From: Paraspadella gotoi
Lineage: Eukaryota > Animalia > Chaetognatha
Assembly (NCBI GenBank): GCA_051294375.1
Contig: CM119267.1
Span: 20,963,755 to 21,027,754 of the forward strand
Direction: 5' to 3'
DNA length: 64,000 nt
Shown: piece after piece, positions 52,274 through 64,000 of the stretch
Position numbering within the stretch: the first letter of the stretch is position 1
Layout of the letters: each line of letters opens with the position of its first letter
The notes under the pieces: generated by a model
Told to the model about the DNA's origin: nothing
The model's input: the letters and a program-made list of their open reading frames with translations, nothing else
The model's database searches: none
Translations under genes and position numbers: made by a program

Positions 52274-53107
52274 TGACGCGGATGATATCGTCGTCGTTGT
52301 TGTAGTTACTGTTGATCGCCACGTGACGTCTTCGTCGTTATAGTCGTCGTCGTCGTCGCCATCTGGCGTTGATTTCGCGAAGGAGAAATCGGTTCTCGTT
52401 TTCAGTTTCGCCTTTTGTTTCTCTTCGACCGATTTGATCATAAATTAATCCGCGGGGGGGCGGGGGGAGTTGATGTTGATGCGAATGAGGCTGGGGTCGT
52501 TTGTTTGTTTGTTTATGTAGTTGATGTTAAAGTTAAAGTCGATGTTACAAATTGTTAAATTTAGAAAGACGTCGCCAGACTTGATTAAAAAAAAAGAATC
52601 TATGTAATTATGTTTAAAGATGTTTCAATCGGGGAAAAAAATATGAATGAAGATCCTGATTATTATTTTGTAAGATATAAAATTAATATCGACATGCGTA
52701 TTCTTAAAATATCCAAGCTTGCTGAAAAATAATCTTGCAAAACTATATACCTTAATACAAATTATTTTCAGTATTGTTTCGTTTATAGGTTATTTTCTAA
52801 ATTTTCTCAATAAAAATGGATGCCTCATTGTACCATTGCAGCAGATCTAGAAACTCAAAATATGGAATCAAGTGAAAGCGGATGGAATCGGATCATAGAG
52901 GCGGGGAAAAATCACCGAAAATGGAATCGAGCTCTCTGATTGGTTAAGTCTCAGATGGAACTGGCCAATGGACGGATGATTAGATGGTAAAATGGTACGA
53001 TTAGCCAATTCAATTCAATTTTCTTATTTCAATTAATCGATTAATCTCTTTTCGTTCGTTCGTTTTTTTATCTTATTATATAAATAATACTCCCACCGTC
53101 CTCGTGA

Positions 53108-53140
<33 letters not shown>

Positions 53141-54414
53141 GATTAGATTCGACCAAATAAGGTTAATTATACATTTTTATTATTATTTTCTTAATCTCTT
53201 CGATTCTTTGTTGTCGTCGTCGTCGGCGTCGTCGTCATCATCATCGTCATCATCTTCATCTTATATTCGGAAACGACGTCGTAACTTCCGGTTTGTCTCA
53301 CGAATGACGCGGCGACTGACTAACCGACGACCACCGATCCACATTTCACAATTGATCTCGATAGATTCACGGAAATATTCACGGACTCGTACAAAGAGAA
53401 ATAGAAAAAAAGAGACACTTATAGTGAAAAGGAAACTGTGTGCGACATGAATTTTTGAGGATCGAACAATGTTTACTAACTTAGCTAATCTATGTGCTTT
53501 AAATAGTTATATATCAGTATTTATTTATCAAGTATTTTGATGGTATTTTTTACAATGAACTATGTTGCGTAGTAATCGTAAATCTCATGATTGCCGTCGC
53601 GCAAAGTTCACAGCCCAATCACAAATTTGTCGTCACCGTCACAAATTCTTCGGTTAACGTCAGCGCCTTTCACCCACGCCCCCATGCCACTCCCTCCGCC
53701 ACTCCCCACCCCATGCCACTCCCCCACTACTCCGCGCGACGGAAACCCCCGTGAGTTATGACGACGGGGTGACGAAAGCCGCTCTCTCGAAGGGGGGCGT
53801 GTATTGCGATTGAGAAGTGACCTTGACCTTTCAACCGCACCGGGGGTTACCGTACTGCCCCCCTCCCTCCCCCCTGCTACCCGGGGCGATAGTTGAAATT
53901 AAAGCCGTCCATCACAACTTCACACCCACTCGACAACTCACAAAAATCACACACATAAAAAAAAAAACCAGGCGACCTTCTCCTACCCTAGAAAAGTATA
54001 TCGGTAGAATCAATTGGACCGGAAGTCTCGCGCGTCGCGTCTCGTGACAAACGATGACCCGCTCTGACCCCTATTGACCCATTTTGACCCCGATTTTGGA
54101 CCCCGAGGACGAAACGACCTTGATCTCCGGGATCCCGGGACCTGGGCGCGTTTTGAGAGGTGGGGGGGGGCGTGGAGTGAGACTCACGAGATGAAATCGG
54201 GGGGGGGGGGGAGGGAGGAATGGATAAAAGGGGAAAGGGAGAAAAGTTGGAAGAAGGAAAAAATTATGAAAGAAAAAGGAAACAAATACTAAAACAGGAA
54301 CGGTAATTCAATTGTGTTGCGCCGCAGTGACTGCCTCATCGCGCGTGTTTCTTGTGACTATATGACTACCGTATTTATGATAAGAATTGCATCGGAATTT
54401 AGTCTTTTGACTTT

Positions 54415-54572
54415 TGTCTTTTATTTTCTGAAGGCGGCGCGAGCAGTGCCTTAGATTTGGGTATTTTTCTATCTTAAAAAATGAGCAACCAACTATATGC
54501 AAGTTATAAGCATTTTTAACATAAGTGGGACAGACCGATGGACAGACATACTGACAGACTGACAGACTGACT
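54415..54572 (+). mobile_element. Dispersed about 170-bp repeat family, copy 5
   Basis: TTTTCTGAAGGCGGCGCGAGCAGTGCCTTAGATTTG...GAGCAACCAACTATATGCAAGTTATAAGCATTTTTAA...GGGACAGACCGATGGACAGAC. Confidence 0.8.
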
Positions 54573-54777
54573 GAATTAAAAAAAAAAAAAAAAAAAACTA
54601 ATACAAAACCTCAGAAATCGATAGTTATTCCTCAAGCATAATATCGGTCCCGCACTTTTAAGGTTTTGGCTTTCAAAAAAAAAAGGCAGAATCCTAATGG
54701 ACGTTTAGCTTTTAACGCGTTCCCGACGACATTCTTCACGCCTCCTCCATCACAGTTCACGCACTCACACCGACACG

Positions 54778-54871
<94 letters not shown>

Positions 54872-54902
54872 GATGTAATCCCAAAAATCCGCTTTACGGT
54901 AA

Positions 54903-56698
54903 GTACGTTACTTTCCCAACGAAACAGCTGAGTTCTCCCGACGCCTTTGCCAAGATCGGGAAAAGGAAGTAGGGGTAAATATTTTCTGGGTTTTTTCATT
55001 CGTTCTGATGAAATAAGTAAATTTCGGAATATTAGATATCATTTAATTTTTTATTTGTTACCGAGCGTTTGATATGTTTTTTTTTTATTTTCGGGGGGAA
55101 GTCAACAATTTAGTATATATTATATAAATTATGAAATTTCAAATGTTAGAAAACAGATTTGGGCTTCTGTTGATCTTTACATATATTTTGTTTTATAGCT
55201 CAAATGGTTTTCACGTCGTTTTTAATCTGTACCAGTTTGTTTACATCTTAAACAGACGGTACAAAAAAAAAAAAAAAAGCGGTGACCAAGCACTTCCAAG
55301 CAGTTTCTCTTTCAAACGAATCCCGACATTCGCAATTTCACAGGCGAACAGGCTCCAACTGGGTTCCCGTAAAATTTTCCACCCTCTCTCATTCTTTCTT
55401 TCTTCCCTCCATCCCTCACCATTTTTCTCCCACCCCTACCACTTTCCTTCTCCCCTCTGAAATTGTGTTTTTACGGTCAAAATATTTTCGAACTCAAATC
55501 TTTTTTTTTCCCTTTTTGACCGGAAGATTTAAGATGTTTGGTCACCGACGGTTTTTGCCGTTCGGCCACGCCCACTTTTCTCGGTCACGTGATTCCATTT
55601 TCGAGTTCTTATTTCTGTTTGTCGCCGAAATATGCGTCAACTTTGAATGTTTTTTTTTCAATTACAAACTTCAACCATAAGTCCGAAGAATACATTGACG
55701 CTTGTAATTACAATAGTTTAATATGTTAAACATCCTAATCCTTAACCCTAACCCTAAATCTTTATCCCTGATTTTTAACCCAAACCCCTAACCTCAAATA
55801 TTAATCCCTAACCCTAAATACTAACCTAATTCCTAACCTTAATCACTAACTTCAAACTTAACCCTAACCCTAAACACTAACCTTATCCTAATCGTCTAAT
55901 CTAATCTTTAACCTAATCTTTAATAAAAAAAAACTAACTTAATGTACCGAATTTTTAATGAAATGGAACGTTCTGAGAAAATCACTCCCAAATAAAGCAC
56001 TCACCAGAATCCTTAAAAAAAAACACTTTGTCCAATGTCCCCCTACCGGTCGTTTTCGAAGAAGAAGTCCCCGAGGCGATTCGACGCCGTTAACCTCACG
56101 ATCCCTCAAACGTTTTTATACCCGAGAATATTTTTTTTTTTACCCTTCGTTGTTTATTTGTTTATTTGTTTGTTTATTTGTTTGGTTTACGACTTTTTCC
56201 TTTTTCTTTCTGCTCCGATGGACTTCGGTCGCCGGTCGCCATCTCGGGATTTCCTTTTTTTTGTGGGGGGGAATAAGGGGGGGAGAGAGAGTGAGAAGAG
56301 AAGGGGCGAAGCCTTTGCGTCACTCCGCGCCGAGGTAAGGTCGTTTTGATGTCACGCTATGTCGTGGTTATTCACGTCTCGTCAAGACTCACGATATCGC
56401 TTTCAAGTTAGAGATTTTTTTCCCATAACTGACGCGACGCTTTGGATTTAATGTTCGCCCAAAGTATGGAATAAGTCAATAACTGTGCCGACTGCTGAGT
56501 AAAGTACCATTGGTAAGTGATGTGGCGTCCCGACTCGAACTCTCATTGGTGAACCTAATAAAATAAAGCCTGTCTTCACAATGATTCTTTAACATCCTCG
56601 GCAGACGAGGGTAAAGAAGGTTACGACAAAATGTGAAGCTGAGTAGGGAATATTTTTTTTGCAATAGAGGCGATTTATCTCCTGGTTTTAATTAGCTA
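54903..56698 (+). repeat. About 1.8-kb inverted duplication, left arm (partner 60503-62380)
   Basis: Collinear reverse-complement match throughout. For example the peptide MKKPRKYLPLLPFPDLGKGVGR appears in ORFs on opposite strands at 54999 and 62282. Confidence 0.95.
55733..55918. repeat. Degenerate (TAACCC)n telomere-like hexamer tract
   Basis: CCTAACCCTAA-type units, mirrored as (TTAGGG)n at about 61335-61530 within the inverted duplication. Confidence 0.8.
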
Positions 56699-57980
56699 CA
56701 GTAGCATCCGTCTAGAACTTCTGAGACGGCAAGCTCTGTAACTCGAGTACAAATGATAATTTGAAAGAGACTTTTTGTCTTGTTATCGAGTACTCATATG
56801 GCTACTCCCCCTTTGGTAAGCCATTGCTCTACGATAACTTTTGGGACATAGCAGTTTATTGTAAAAGTTTATCTTGAGTGGGATTCGAATCCTACCATTC
56901 CATTCTGCGTCGAAGTCTTAGTTTTTAACCACTCGGCCATCTCGTTATTTAAAAAAAACTATTCAAAAACCTCAATATAAATTTTGGTTTTTCTTTTCTG
57001 NNNNNNNNNNNNNNNNNNNNNNNNNNNNNNNNNNNNNNNNNNNNNNNNNNNNNNNNNNNNNNNNNNNNNNNNNNNNNNNNNNNNNNNNNNNNNNNNNNNN
57101 NNNNNNNNNNNNNNNNNNNNNNNNNNNNNNNNNNNNNNNNNNNNNNNNNNNNNNNNNNNNNNNNNNNNNNNNNNNNNNNNNNNNNNNNNNNNNNNNNNNN
57201 NNNNNNNNNNNNNNNNNNNNNNNNNNNNNNNNNNNNNNNNNNNNNNNNNNNNNNNNNNNNNNNNNNNNNNNNNNNNNNNNNNNNNNNNNNNNNNNNNNNN
57301 NNNNNNNNNNNNNNNNNNNNNNNNNNNNNNNNNNNNNNNNNNNNNNNNNNNNNNNNNNNNNNNNNNNNNNNNNNNNNNNNNNNNNNNNNNNNNNNNNNNN
57401 NNNNNNNNNNNNNNNNNNTTGCTCAAACTTGTTTTTATGCAAATCGAAAACTTAGATTCTTTTATTCTCTCAATCATTAGCCTATTTATTAATATTGATA
57501 CAATAAGCAACTAGTTAAAAACACTTAATAGAACACCTTAAAAGCAAGGTGAAAATGTTCAACGTCGCGGCTTAAAGAGGCAACTGACTTTTCCTCAATT
57601 TCAAACATTAAAAATAAGCCAGATATTTGCTTTCTTCATATTAATCATCGTCGTTGCGACGTTCTGTCACGAATCGGGAAACTTAGGACTCGGATGTCGA
57701 AATCTCTGCCTTCGAACGTTGAATTTTTTGTTTCCCCAAAAAAATTAAAAGCGAATCTACAGCTTTATATAATTACGAAAAGGTTTCAGGTTTAAATGTG
57801 ACTGAAGCTAATTTTTACAATACGTTCTGATGTCCCAAAATTGGTCTTAGAGCAATGGCTTACCGATGGGGAAGTAGCCATATGTGTACTCGATATCAAG
57901 ACAAAAGCTCTCTTTAAAATTATCATTTGTACTCGAGTTACAGAGCTTGCCGTCTCAGAAATTCTAGACGGATGCTACTG
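56699..57980. mobile_element. Non-autonomous Tc1/mariner-superfamily DNA transposon (MITE-like) with about 150-bp TIRs
   Basis: TA|CAGTAGCATCCGTCTAGAA...TTCTAGACGGATGCTACTG|TA. Imperfect inverted repeats at 56699-56848 and 57830-57980; TA flanks at 56697-56698 and 57981-57982; no transposase ORF visible. An internal gap (57001-57418) means the two ends could come from different copies. Confidence 0.8.
56873..56946 (-). pseudogene. tRNA-like (Ser/Leu-type) pseudogene or SINE head
   Basis: Minus strand GAGATGGCCGAGTGGTTAA (A box) ... GTAGGATTCGAATCCCAC (B box/T-arm). The anticodon and acceptor stems pair poorly, so this is not a functional tRNA. Confidence 0.6.
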
Positions 57981-58057
57981 TATGTCCAGAGTTTCTCATT
58001 TTCATATAAAAATTGGTAATTGGTAATGATCCAAAAGGAGAAATGGTCCATTATAAC

Positions 58058-58126
58058 TATCATCCTCATCATCATTATCATCCTCATCTTCATCATTATA
58101 ATAATCATCATCTTCCTCATCATCGA

Positions 58127-58156
<30 letters not shown>
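58058..58156. repeat. (CAT)n microsatellite at the start of the intron following the EGF exon
   Basis: Directly visible. It explains the poly-Asp tail of ORF 58002-58385. Confidence 0.95.
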
Positions 58157-58159
<3 letters not shown>

Positions 58160-58169
58160 TTTTCCTCAC

Positions 58170-58387
58170 TTCGTCAATATCGAAACAGGTCGTCCCGTTT
58201 CCGCTGTAGCCGACCGGGCACGCCCCGCACATAAAGCCCTCGGGGGTGTCGCGGCACTCGACCCCGGCGAAGCAGGGGTTCGTGTCGCAGCCGAGGATGG
58301 CCTTGTCGCATCGGATGCCGTCGCCCTCGTAGCCGGGCGGGCACGGGCCGCAAGTGTAGCCCCGGTCCGTGTCGGTACACTGCACTC
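58170..58387 (-). CDS. Tsp: Internal exon of a thrombospondin-family (TSP/COMP-like) gene encoding two EGF-like repeats
   Basis: Acceptor acacttcag| (58388-58390), donor GAA|GTGAGG (58169), 218 bp, phase 1 to phase 0, strong GC3 bias. Translation (G)VQCTDTDRGYTCGPCPPGYEGDGIRCDKAILGCDTNPCFAGVECRDTPEGFMCGACPVGYSGNGTTCFDIDE. The CF.GV.C...CG.CP.GY.G.G..C.DIDE pattern is typical of thrombospondin type-2 repeats. The exon is very likely; exact gene identity is less certain because VWDE/mucin-like proteins carry similar repeats. Confidence 0.85.
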
Positions 58388-58861
58388 CTGAAGTGTAATT
58401 TGGGTGCGAATGATTGATTGATTTAATTATTGATAAATAGATTGATCTATTGATTATTTATTTATTTATTNNNNNNNNNNNNNNNNNNNNNNNNNNNNNN
58501 NNNNNNNNNNNNNNNNNNNNNNNNNNNNNNNNNNNNNNNNNNNNNNNNNNNNNNNNNNNNNNNNNNNNNNCAGATATGTGAGGGATCTTGGAATTTAGTT
58601 TGGTGAAGTTGGAAAGATTTGGAGATCATGGTTGGATTTTGGAAGGATTTATTAGGTAGATGAGGAATTTGGTTAGATGTGAAGGATTAAGGACTGGAAG
58701 TTTGGATTGGTAAAGAAAGAAAGAATTGAAATGAATGGATTGGATAGTGTAGAACTGGTTACGACGGTTATGAAGGTAAGTGGGTAAGTTTCGCATGATG
58801 TAAAAAAAGAAGAGATTTCGCTCGAGACGACCGAGCAGAATGGTTAGATTGTGAACGAAAG

Positions 58862-58898
<37 letters not shown>

Positions 58899-58939
58899 AG
58901 AGAGAGAGAGAGAGAGAGAAGAGGAGATCGAGAGAGAGA

Positions 58940-58979
<40 letters not shown>

Positions 58980-59123
58980 GAACACTCGGTATGCGCAGGG
59001 GCGTGAGAATTGCTACTCGTTAAAGACTAAGCGGGAGGGAGAGAAGAAAAACAAGGAGAGCGCGAGTGTTGTAAAACACGACGAAACGCGAGCGTAAAAA
59101 CCACGGCGAGGAGGGTCGTGCGC

Positions 59124-59232
59124 CGAACGAACGAACGAACGAACGAACGAACGAACGAAACGAACGAACGAACGAACGAACGAACGAACGAACAGAACGA
59201 ACCAGAACGAACGCACGAACGAACGAACGAAC
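59124..59232. repeat. (ACGA)n tetranucleotide microsatellite
   Basis: Directly visible. Confidence 0.95.
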
Positions 59233-60104
59233 GACTTGTACTTCCGATAACACGACCGAACGTCGCAGTAACAGAAAGAAACTCTTTTCGAGCTCGGAGA
59301 AACAACTCCAAAATGCTAAGAACCGGGAGCGGCTGCCCTGCGGAAGCGATTCGCTGACGGCCGCCGGCAGGGCAGCGACCGCCCCGCAGCCGCCTCCGTT
59401 GATTCCGCCTCCAGCTCGAGTGGAACTCGAGTGGAATCGAAGAAAAATCTAATTTGGATTTTCATCCATAAAAACATTTTTTTTAAATATTTTAATATGA
59501 ACCAGGAACTTCTTGGCCTTTCTCGTCTCTCTGCATCTCGCTCTCATCTCTCTCCTCTCTCCTCCTCTCCTCCTCTCTTCTCTCTCTTCCTCTCTTCTCT
59601 CTCTCTTCTCTTCTCTCAAAATTCTCTAAGAGGTTCTTCGCCTTTCAACCTCGCTCTACTCTCTCGCGTCGCAATAACCAACCAGATTACGTCATTAAAA
59701 AAACAGAAAGGAAGAAAACAAAACATTAATTTTTATTTTCGTGAGGTTTTTTTTTTTATTATTAATAATGTTGGGGAGCGGTATTTTTTCTTCTCGGTTT
59801 ATATGGATTTAGAAGTCGGGTGACGATGACGCCAAATGCACGCACGACGATGACGAACGACGATGACAGACGACGCTAAGGAGATGACGAGACGACGACA
59901 GACGGAGATGACGACGGCTAAAAATGACATGCTTGAACAACAAGGTTCCAAGATATCCCACAAAAACTAAACCAAATTTCTCGTTTAAATTTAAATATTA
60001 GTGATGGTTGAGTTGAGACGACACGACGACGACGACGCCCCTTTGACCGGAAGCCACCTGCCGACGCTAGAGAGAGAGAAAGAGAGAGAGAGAGAGAAGA
60101 GAGG

Positions 60105-60140
<36 letters not shown>

Positions 60141-60262
60141 CCGAGAGAGAGAGAGAGAGAGAGAGAGACTCTTGTCAGGAAGACAGAGGGTGAGGAGAAA
60201 AAATGTCAAGAAGAAAGAGAAGAAGAGGCATAAAAGACAAAGAGATCTTGGGTGGAGAAAAT

Positions 60263-60343
<81 letters not shown>

Positions 60344-60502
60344 TAAATGGGGATAATTAAAAGTTGAATAAGAAGGCAAAAAAGGTAAGCTGACAGTTTA
60401 TTGATCATTAAAATTAAACTTCAAGAAATTATTACGTAATTATTAATCAATGTATTAGCAGAATTAAATTTCTTAAAGATAAAAACTTTTTCAAGCAGTT
60501 GA

Positions 60503-62380
60503 TAGCTAATTAAAAACGCAGGAGATAAATAAATCCGCCTCTATTCAAAAAAAAAAAAAATCCCTGACTCACTTCACATTTTTGTCGTAACCCTTCTTTA
60601 CCCTGCGTCTGCCGAGGATGTTAAAGAATCATTGTGAAGACAAGAGGCTTTTTTTATTAGGATTCACCAATGAGAGTTCGAGTCGGGACGCCACATCACT
60701 TACGCAATGGTACTTTACTCAGCAAGGTCGGCACAGTTATTGATTATTCCATACCTTTGGGCGAACATTTACAAGTCCAAAGCGTCGCGTCAGTTTGGGA
60801 AAAAATCTCTAACATTGAAAGCGCTACTCGTCGAGTCTTGACGAGACGGAATAACCTACCGACATAGCGTGACAGCTCAAACGACTCTACCAGCTGTCAT
60901 CGGCGCGAGTGACGCAAAGGCTTCGCCCTTCTCTACTCACCCTCTCTCCCCGCCCTATTCCCCCCCCAAAAAAAAGAAAATCCCGAGATGGCGCCGCCGA
61001 CCGAAGTCCAATCGGAGCAGAAAGAAAAAGGGAAAAAGTCGTAAACCACAATAAACAAAACAAATAAACAAATAAACAACGAAGGGTAAAAAAAATATCC
61101 TCGGGTATAAACGTTTTGAGGGATCGTGAGGTTTAACGGCGTCGAATCGGCCTCGGGCGCCTTCCTTCTTCGAAACGACCGGTAGGGGGACATTGGGAAC
61201 ACAAGGTGGTATTTTTTTTTTTTCCTTCTAGTCTAAGGATCTGGTGAGTGCTTATTTGGGAGTGATTTTCTCAGAATCGTTCCAATTTCATTAAAAATTC
61301 GGTAACATTAAGTTAGTTTTTTTTTTTATTAAAGATCAGGTTAAGATTAGATTAGTACGATTAGGATAAGGTTAGTGTTTAGGGGTTAGGGTTAAAGTTT
61401 TGAAGTTAGTGATTAAGTTAGGAATTAAGGTTATATTTTTAGGGGTTAGGGAATTAATAATTTGAGGTTAGGGGTTTGGGGTTTAAAAATCAAGGGATAA
61501 AGATTTAGGGTTAGGGTTTAGGAATTTAGGATGTTTAACATATTAAACTATTGTAATTACAAGCGTCAATGTATTCTTCGACTTATGGTTGAAGTTTGTA
61601 ATTGAAAAGAAAAACATTCAAAGTTGAACCATATTTCGGCGACAAACAGAAATAAGAACTCGAAAATGGATCACGTGACCGAGAAAAAGTGGGCGTGGCC
61701 GAAGGCAAAAACCGTCGTGACCAAACCATCTTAAATCTTCGGTCAAAAGAAAAAAAAAGATTTGAGTTCGAAAAGATTTTGACCGTAAAAAACACAATTT
61801 CAGAGGGGAGAAGGAAAGTGGTAGGGGTGGGAGAAAATGGTGAGGGATGGAGGGAAGAAAAGAAAGAATGAGAGAGGGTGGAAAAAATTTTACGGGAACC
61901 GCAGTTGGAGCCTGTTCGCCTGTGAAAATTGCGAAATGTCGGGATTAAGTTTGAAAAGAGAAACTGCTTGGAAAGTGCTTGGTCACCGCTTTTTTTTTTT
62001 TTTTTTTGTAAACCGTCTGTTTAAGATGTAAACAAAACTGGTACAGATTAAAAACGACGTGAAAACCATTTGAGCTATAAAAACAAAAAATTATGTAAAA
62101 GATCAACAGAAGCCCCAAATCTGTTTCTAGACATTTGAAATTTTCATAAATTTATAATAATATATCCTAAATTGTTGACTTCCCCGCCGAAAATAAAAAA
62201 AAAACATATCAAACTCGTAACACATAAAAAATTAAATGATATCATGATTCCTTTTAAATTTTACTTATTTCATCAGAAACGATGAAAAAACCCAGAAAAT
62301 ATTTACCCCTACTTCCTTTTCCCGATCTTGGCAAAGGCGTCGGGAGAAACTCAGCTGTTTCGTTGGGAAAAGAGTCGTAC
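60503..62380 (-). repeat. About 1.8-kb inverted duplication, right arm (indel-rich)
   Basis: Reverse complement of 54903-56698 with many 1-2 bp indels. Confidence 0.95.
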
Positions 62381-62627
62381 GTGGGGACGAACCTTCTAGA
62401 ACACGCAACCTGCGAGGTCAAACCACTTGACCTTACAAACCTTACCCTCGCTCATTTCCCCAACTTATTTAGATGGTCAAAACGGTTGACCTTTATGGTC
62501 AAACGTTTGACCTTTGTAAATACCCATTGTATAGAACTTGCAGCTGAGCATTTTGACTGTTAATTGTTTAATAAACGTTGTTTGAAGAAATAAAATCATT
62601 CTTACTCTGAAACTTGTGCGATCCACA
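62381..62627 (+). mobile_element. 5' LTR of a Gypsy-type retrotransposon (about 247 bp)
   Basis: Starts GTGGGGA (the canonical leading T is absent) and ends ATCCACA, giving short terminal inverted ends. AATAAA at about 62570 and 62589. Directly followed by a PBS, and begins exactly where homology to the left duplicate arm stops. Confidence 0.75.
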
Positions 62628-62630
62628 ACG

Positions 62631-62647
62631 TGGTGAGCCCGACGTGA
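62631..62647 (+). promoter_or_regulatory. Primer binding site complementary to the tRNA-Trp 3' end
   Basis: TGGTGAGCCCGACGTGA versus TGGTGACCCCGACGTGA, the reverse complement of the animal tRNA-Trp 3' end: 16/17 match, 3 bp after the LTR. Confidence 0.85.
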
Positions 62648-63019
62648 AAAAAATAATAAAAAAGAACAAAAACGAAACAAAAAACAAAAACAAAAAAACA
62701 AAAAGGAAAACTACTTCTCAACAAAATCGAAACAATACTCCGCCGCGATTGTCGCCGACCATTTTTAATTCAAACCATTTTTTTTTAAATTAATTTTTTA
62801 TTAAATCGTTTTTTTGGCCCAACCTCCTTTTTTTTTTTTTTTTTTTTTCTCTCAAATTCTCATCGAATTCGAATCGTTTTTTTTTTGCCAATACAACTCT
62901 CAAAACGAATATTTTTTAAATTCAATCATTTTTACTAAAAGCGAATCATACCCCTCTTTTTTTCAAAGGGCAAATTATTTTTTTTTTCAAGTGAAATAAT
63001 TTTTTTTTCTTTCATCTAA

Positions 63020-64000
63020 ATGCCGACCCGTTGTCATATCACCCAAGTGTCACCGCCTCCAACGGCCCCGCCGACGAAGAAGAAACGACGATGCCGGTGA
63101 CCACGGCAACGCCTCCCCAATCCGAACAGCGCCGGCCGCGACGACGCATTCCACGACGCCGCCGCCCTCGACATCCCGCGACGGCCCCTCGAAATGGCCA
63201 AATCGAAAACTGTTTCAAATGGTAATTCGACATCAAATACCAAACCTCGCCGCGGTCACGGAAAGGACGAATCTCCTTCAGGCGGACGCAAGTACGCTTC
63301 ACAACAGGAGTTGCCCCCTTCAGTGGAGGACGAGCGCCCAGCGACGCCGCCCCTGTGGGCAACACCTCAACCTCCCCGTCAGCAGCGGCGACAAGACGAC
63401 GAAACCCAAAGCTGACGACCTTTGACCCACGACCTACATCGAGGAATGGCTAGACCAACACGGCCGTGGAATTTGGCTGCACTGGCGTCACTGAGCCGCG
63501 GAAAGAGGCGCAGATCCTCAGCGCCATTCCCATCTCCCGTCATCCGGCTAATTCCACACGGTCTTCGCATCGACGAAGGTCCCGACGCTCACCAAGAATT
63601 CCTGCGTTTCTTTCACCTGCAGAAGTCTATGGTGAAGATGCCAACAGGCGCGTCCGCAAAGGCGTTGAAGAGTGACGTCGCCTGAGAGCGTCAGCTTCCA
63701 TCTCAACACCTCTCCGCGCTCGACGCCGTCCTGGAAGGCCTCACCATCGAAACGTCAAGGCCGCACATCTTGGCCGCCGCCATCCCTCAAAGCGTCAATG
63801 ACGAGCAACGCCGTCAGGAAAGGACAAAAAGCCCGCCGACATTTGCCAAGGATGCCCGACGCCGAGTTCTTTCTCCTTCTGGACAACTCCGCAGCTCAGA
63901 CCGCAACTCTCCTCGGTGAACGCCGTCACCTCCATTGAGACTACAAGTGGACGAAGCCAACTGGAGCTTCCAGACACGAATCGACAAAGCGACGACGACA
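63020..64000 (+). pseudogene. gag: Frameshifted gag of a Gypsy/Ty3 LTR retrotransposon (runs off the window end)
   Basis: Joining frames gives PKLTTFDP..YIEEWLDQ..VEFGCTGVTEPRKEAQILSAIP..PVIRLIP...AEVYGEDANRRVRKALKSD..ERQLPSQHLSALDAVLEG...ILAAAIPQSV. This matches the 'KLP.F....W..Q.E..F...G+T...K...+..LP ... GDRKPSQLL' layout of DUF7041-type Gags. It lies downstream of LTR and PBS. Confidence 0.75.

Noticed and set aside
53815-54125. Cluster of TGACC(T/C) nuclear-receptor half-sites
   Set aside because: Short motif that is frequent in invertebrate repeats; there is no independent support for a hormone response element.
56873-56946. Functional tRNA gene
   Set aside because: A and B boxes are present but the acceptor and anticodon stems do not pair properly.
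58002-58169. Asp-rich C-terminal tail on the EGF ORF
   Set aside because: It lies past a canonical GTGAGG donor and is an intronic (CAT)n microsatellite read-through.

Overview
Draft-assembly scaffold from an invertebrate animal genome, not prokaryotic. Arthropod or crustacean origin is plausible but cannot be proven from the sequence. The window is dominated by AT-rich non-coding DNA, (AG)n/(TCG)n/(AAT)n/(GAT)n microsatellites and many N gaps, so almost all ORFs in the supplied track are low-complexity artefacts. Well-supported content: one clean minus-strand exon encoding two thrombospondin-type EGF repeats (58170-58387); the 5' end of a Gypsy-type LTR retrotransposon (LTR, tRNA-Trp PBS, frameshifted gag) from 62381 to the window end; a TA-flanked Tc1/mariner-type TIR pair (56699-57980); two tRNA-derived SINE-like heads; and five copies of a short GACA-containing dispersed repeat. 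Several large inverted or direct duplications are present, most with the signature of long-read gap-filling artefacts. The most unusual part is a 0.8-10.8 kb island of minus-strand coding-like patches. It includes an unlisted 152-codon open frame resembling the N-terminus of Polinton/Maverick-type pPolB proteins and a phase-compatible three-exon chain rich in furin-type sites. I found no demonstrable new biological system; the candidates are listed with tests.
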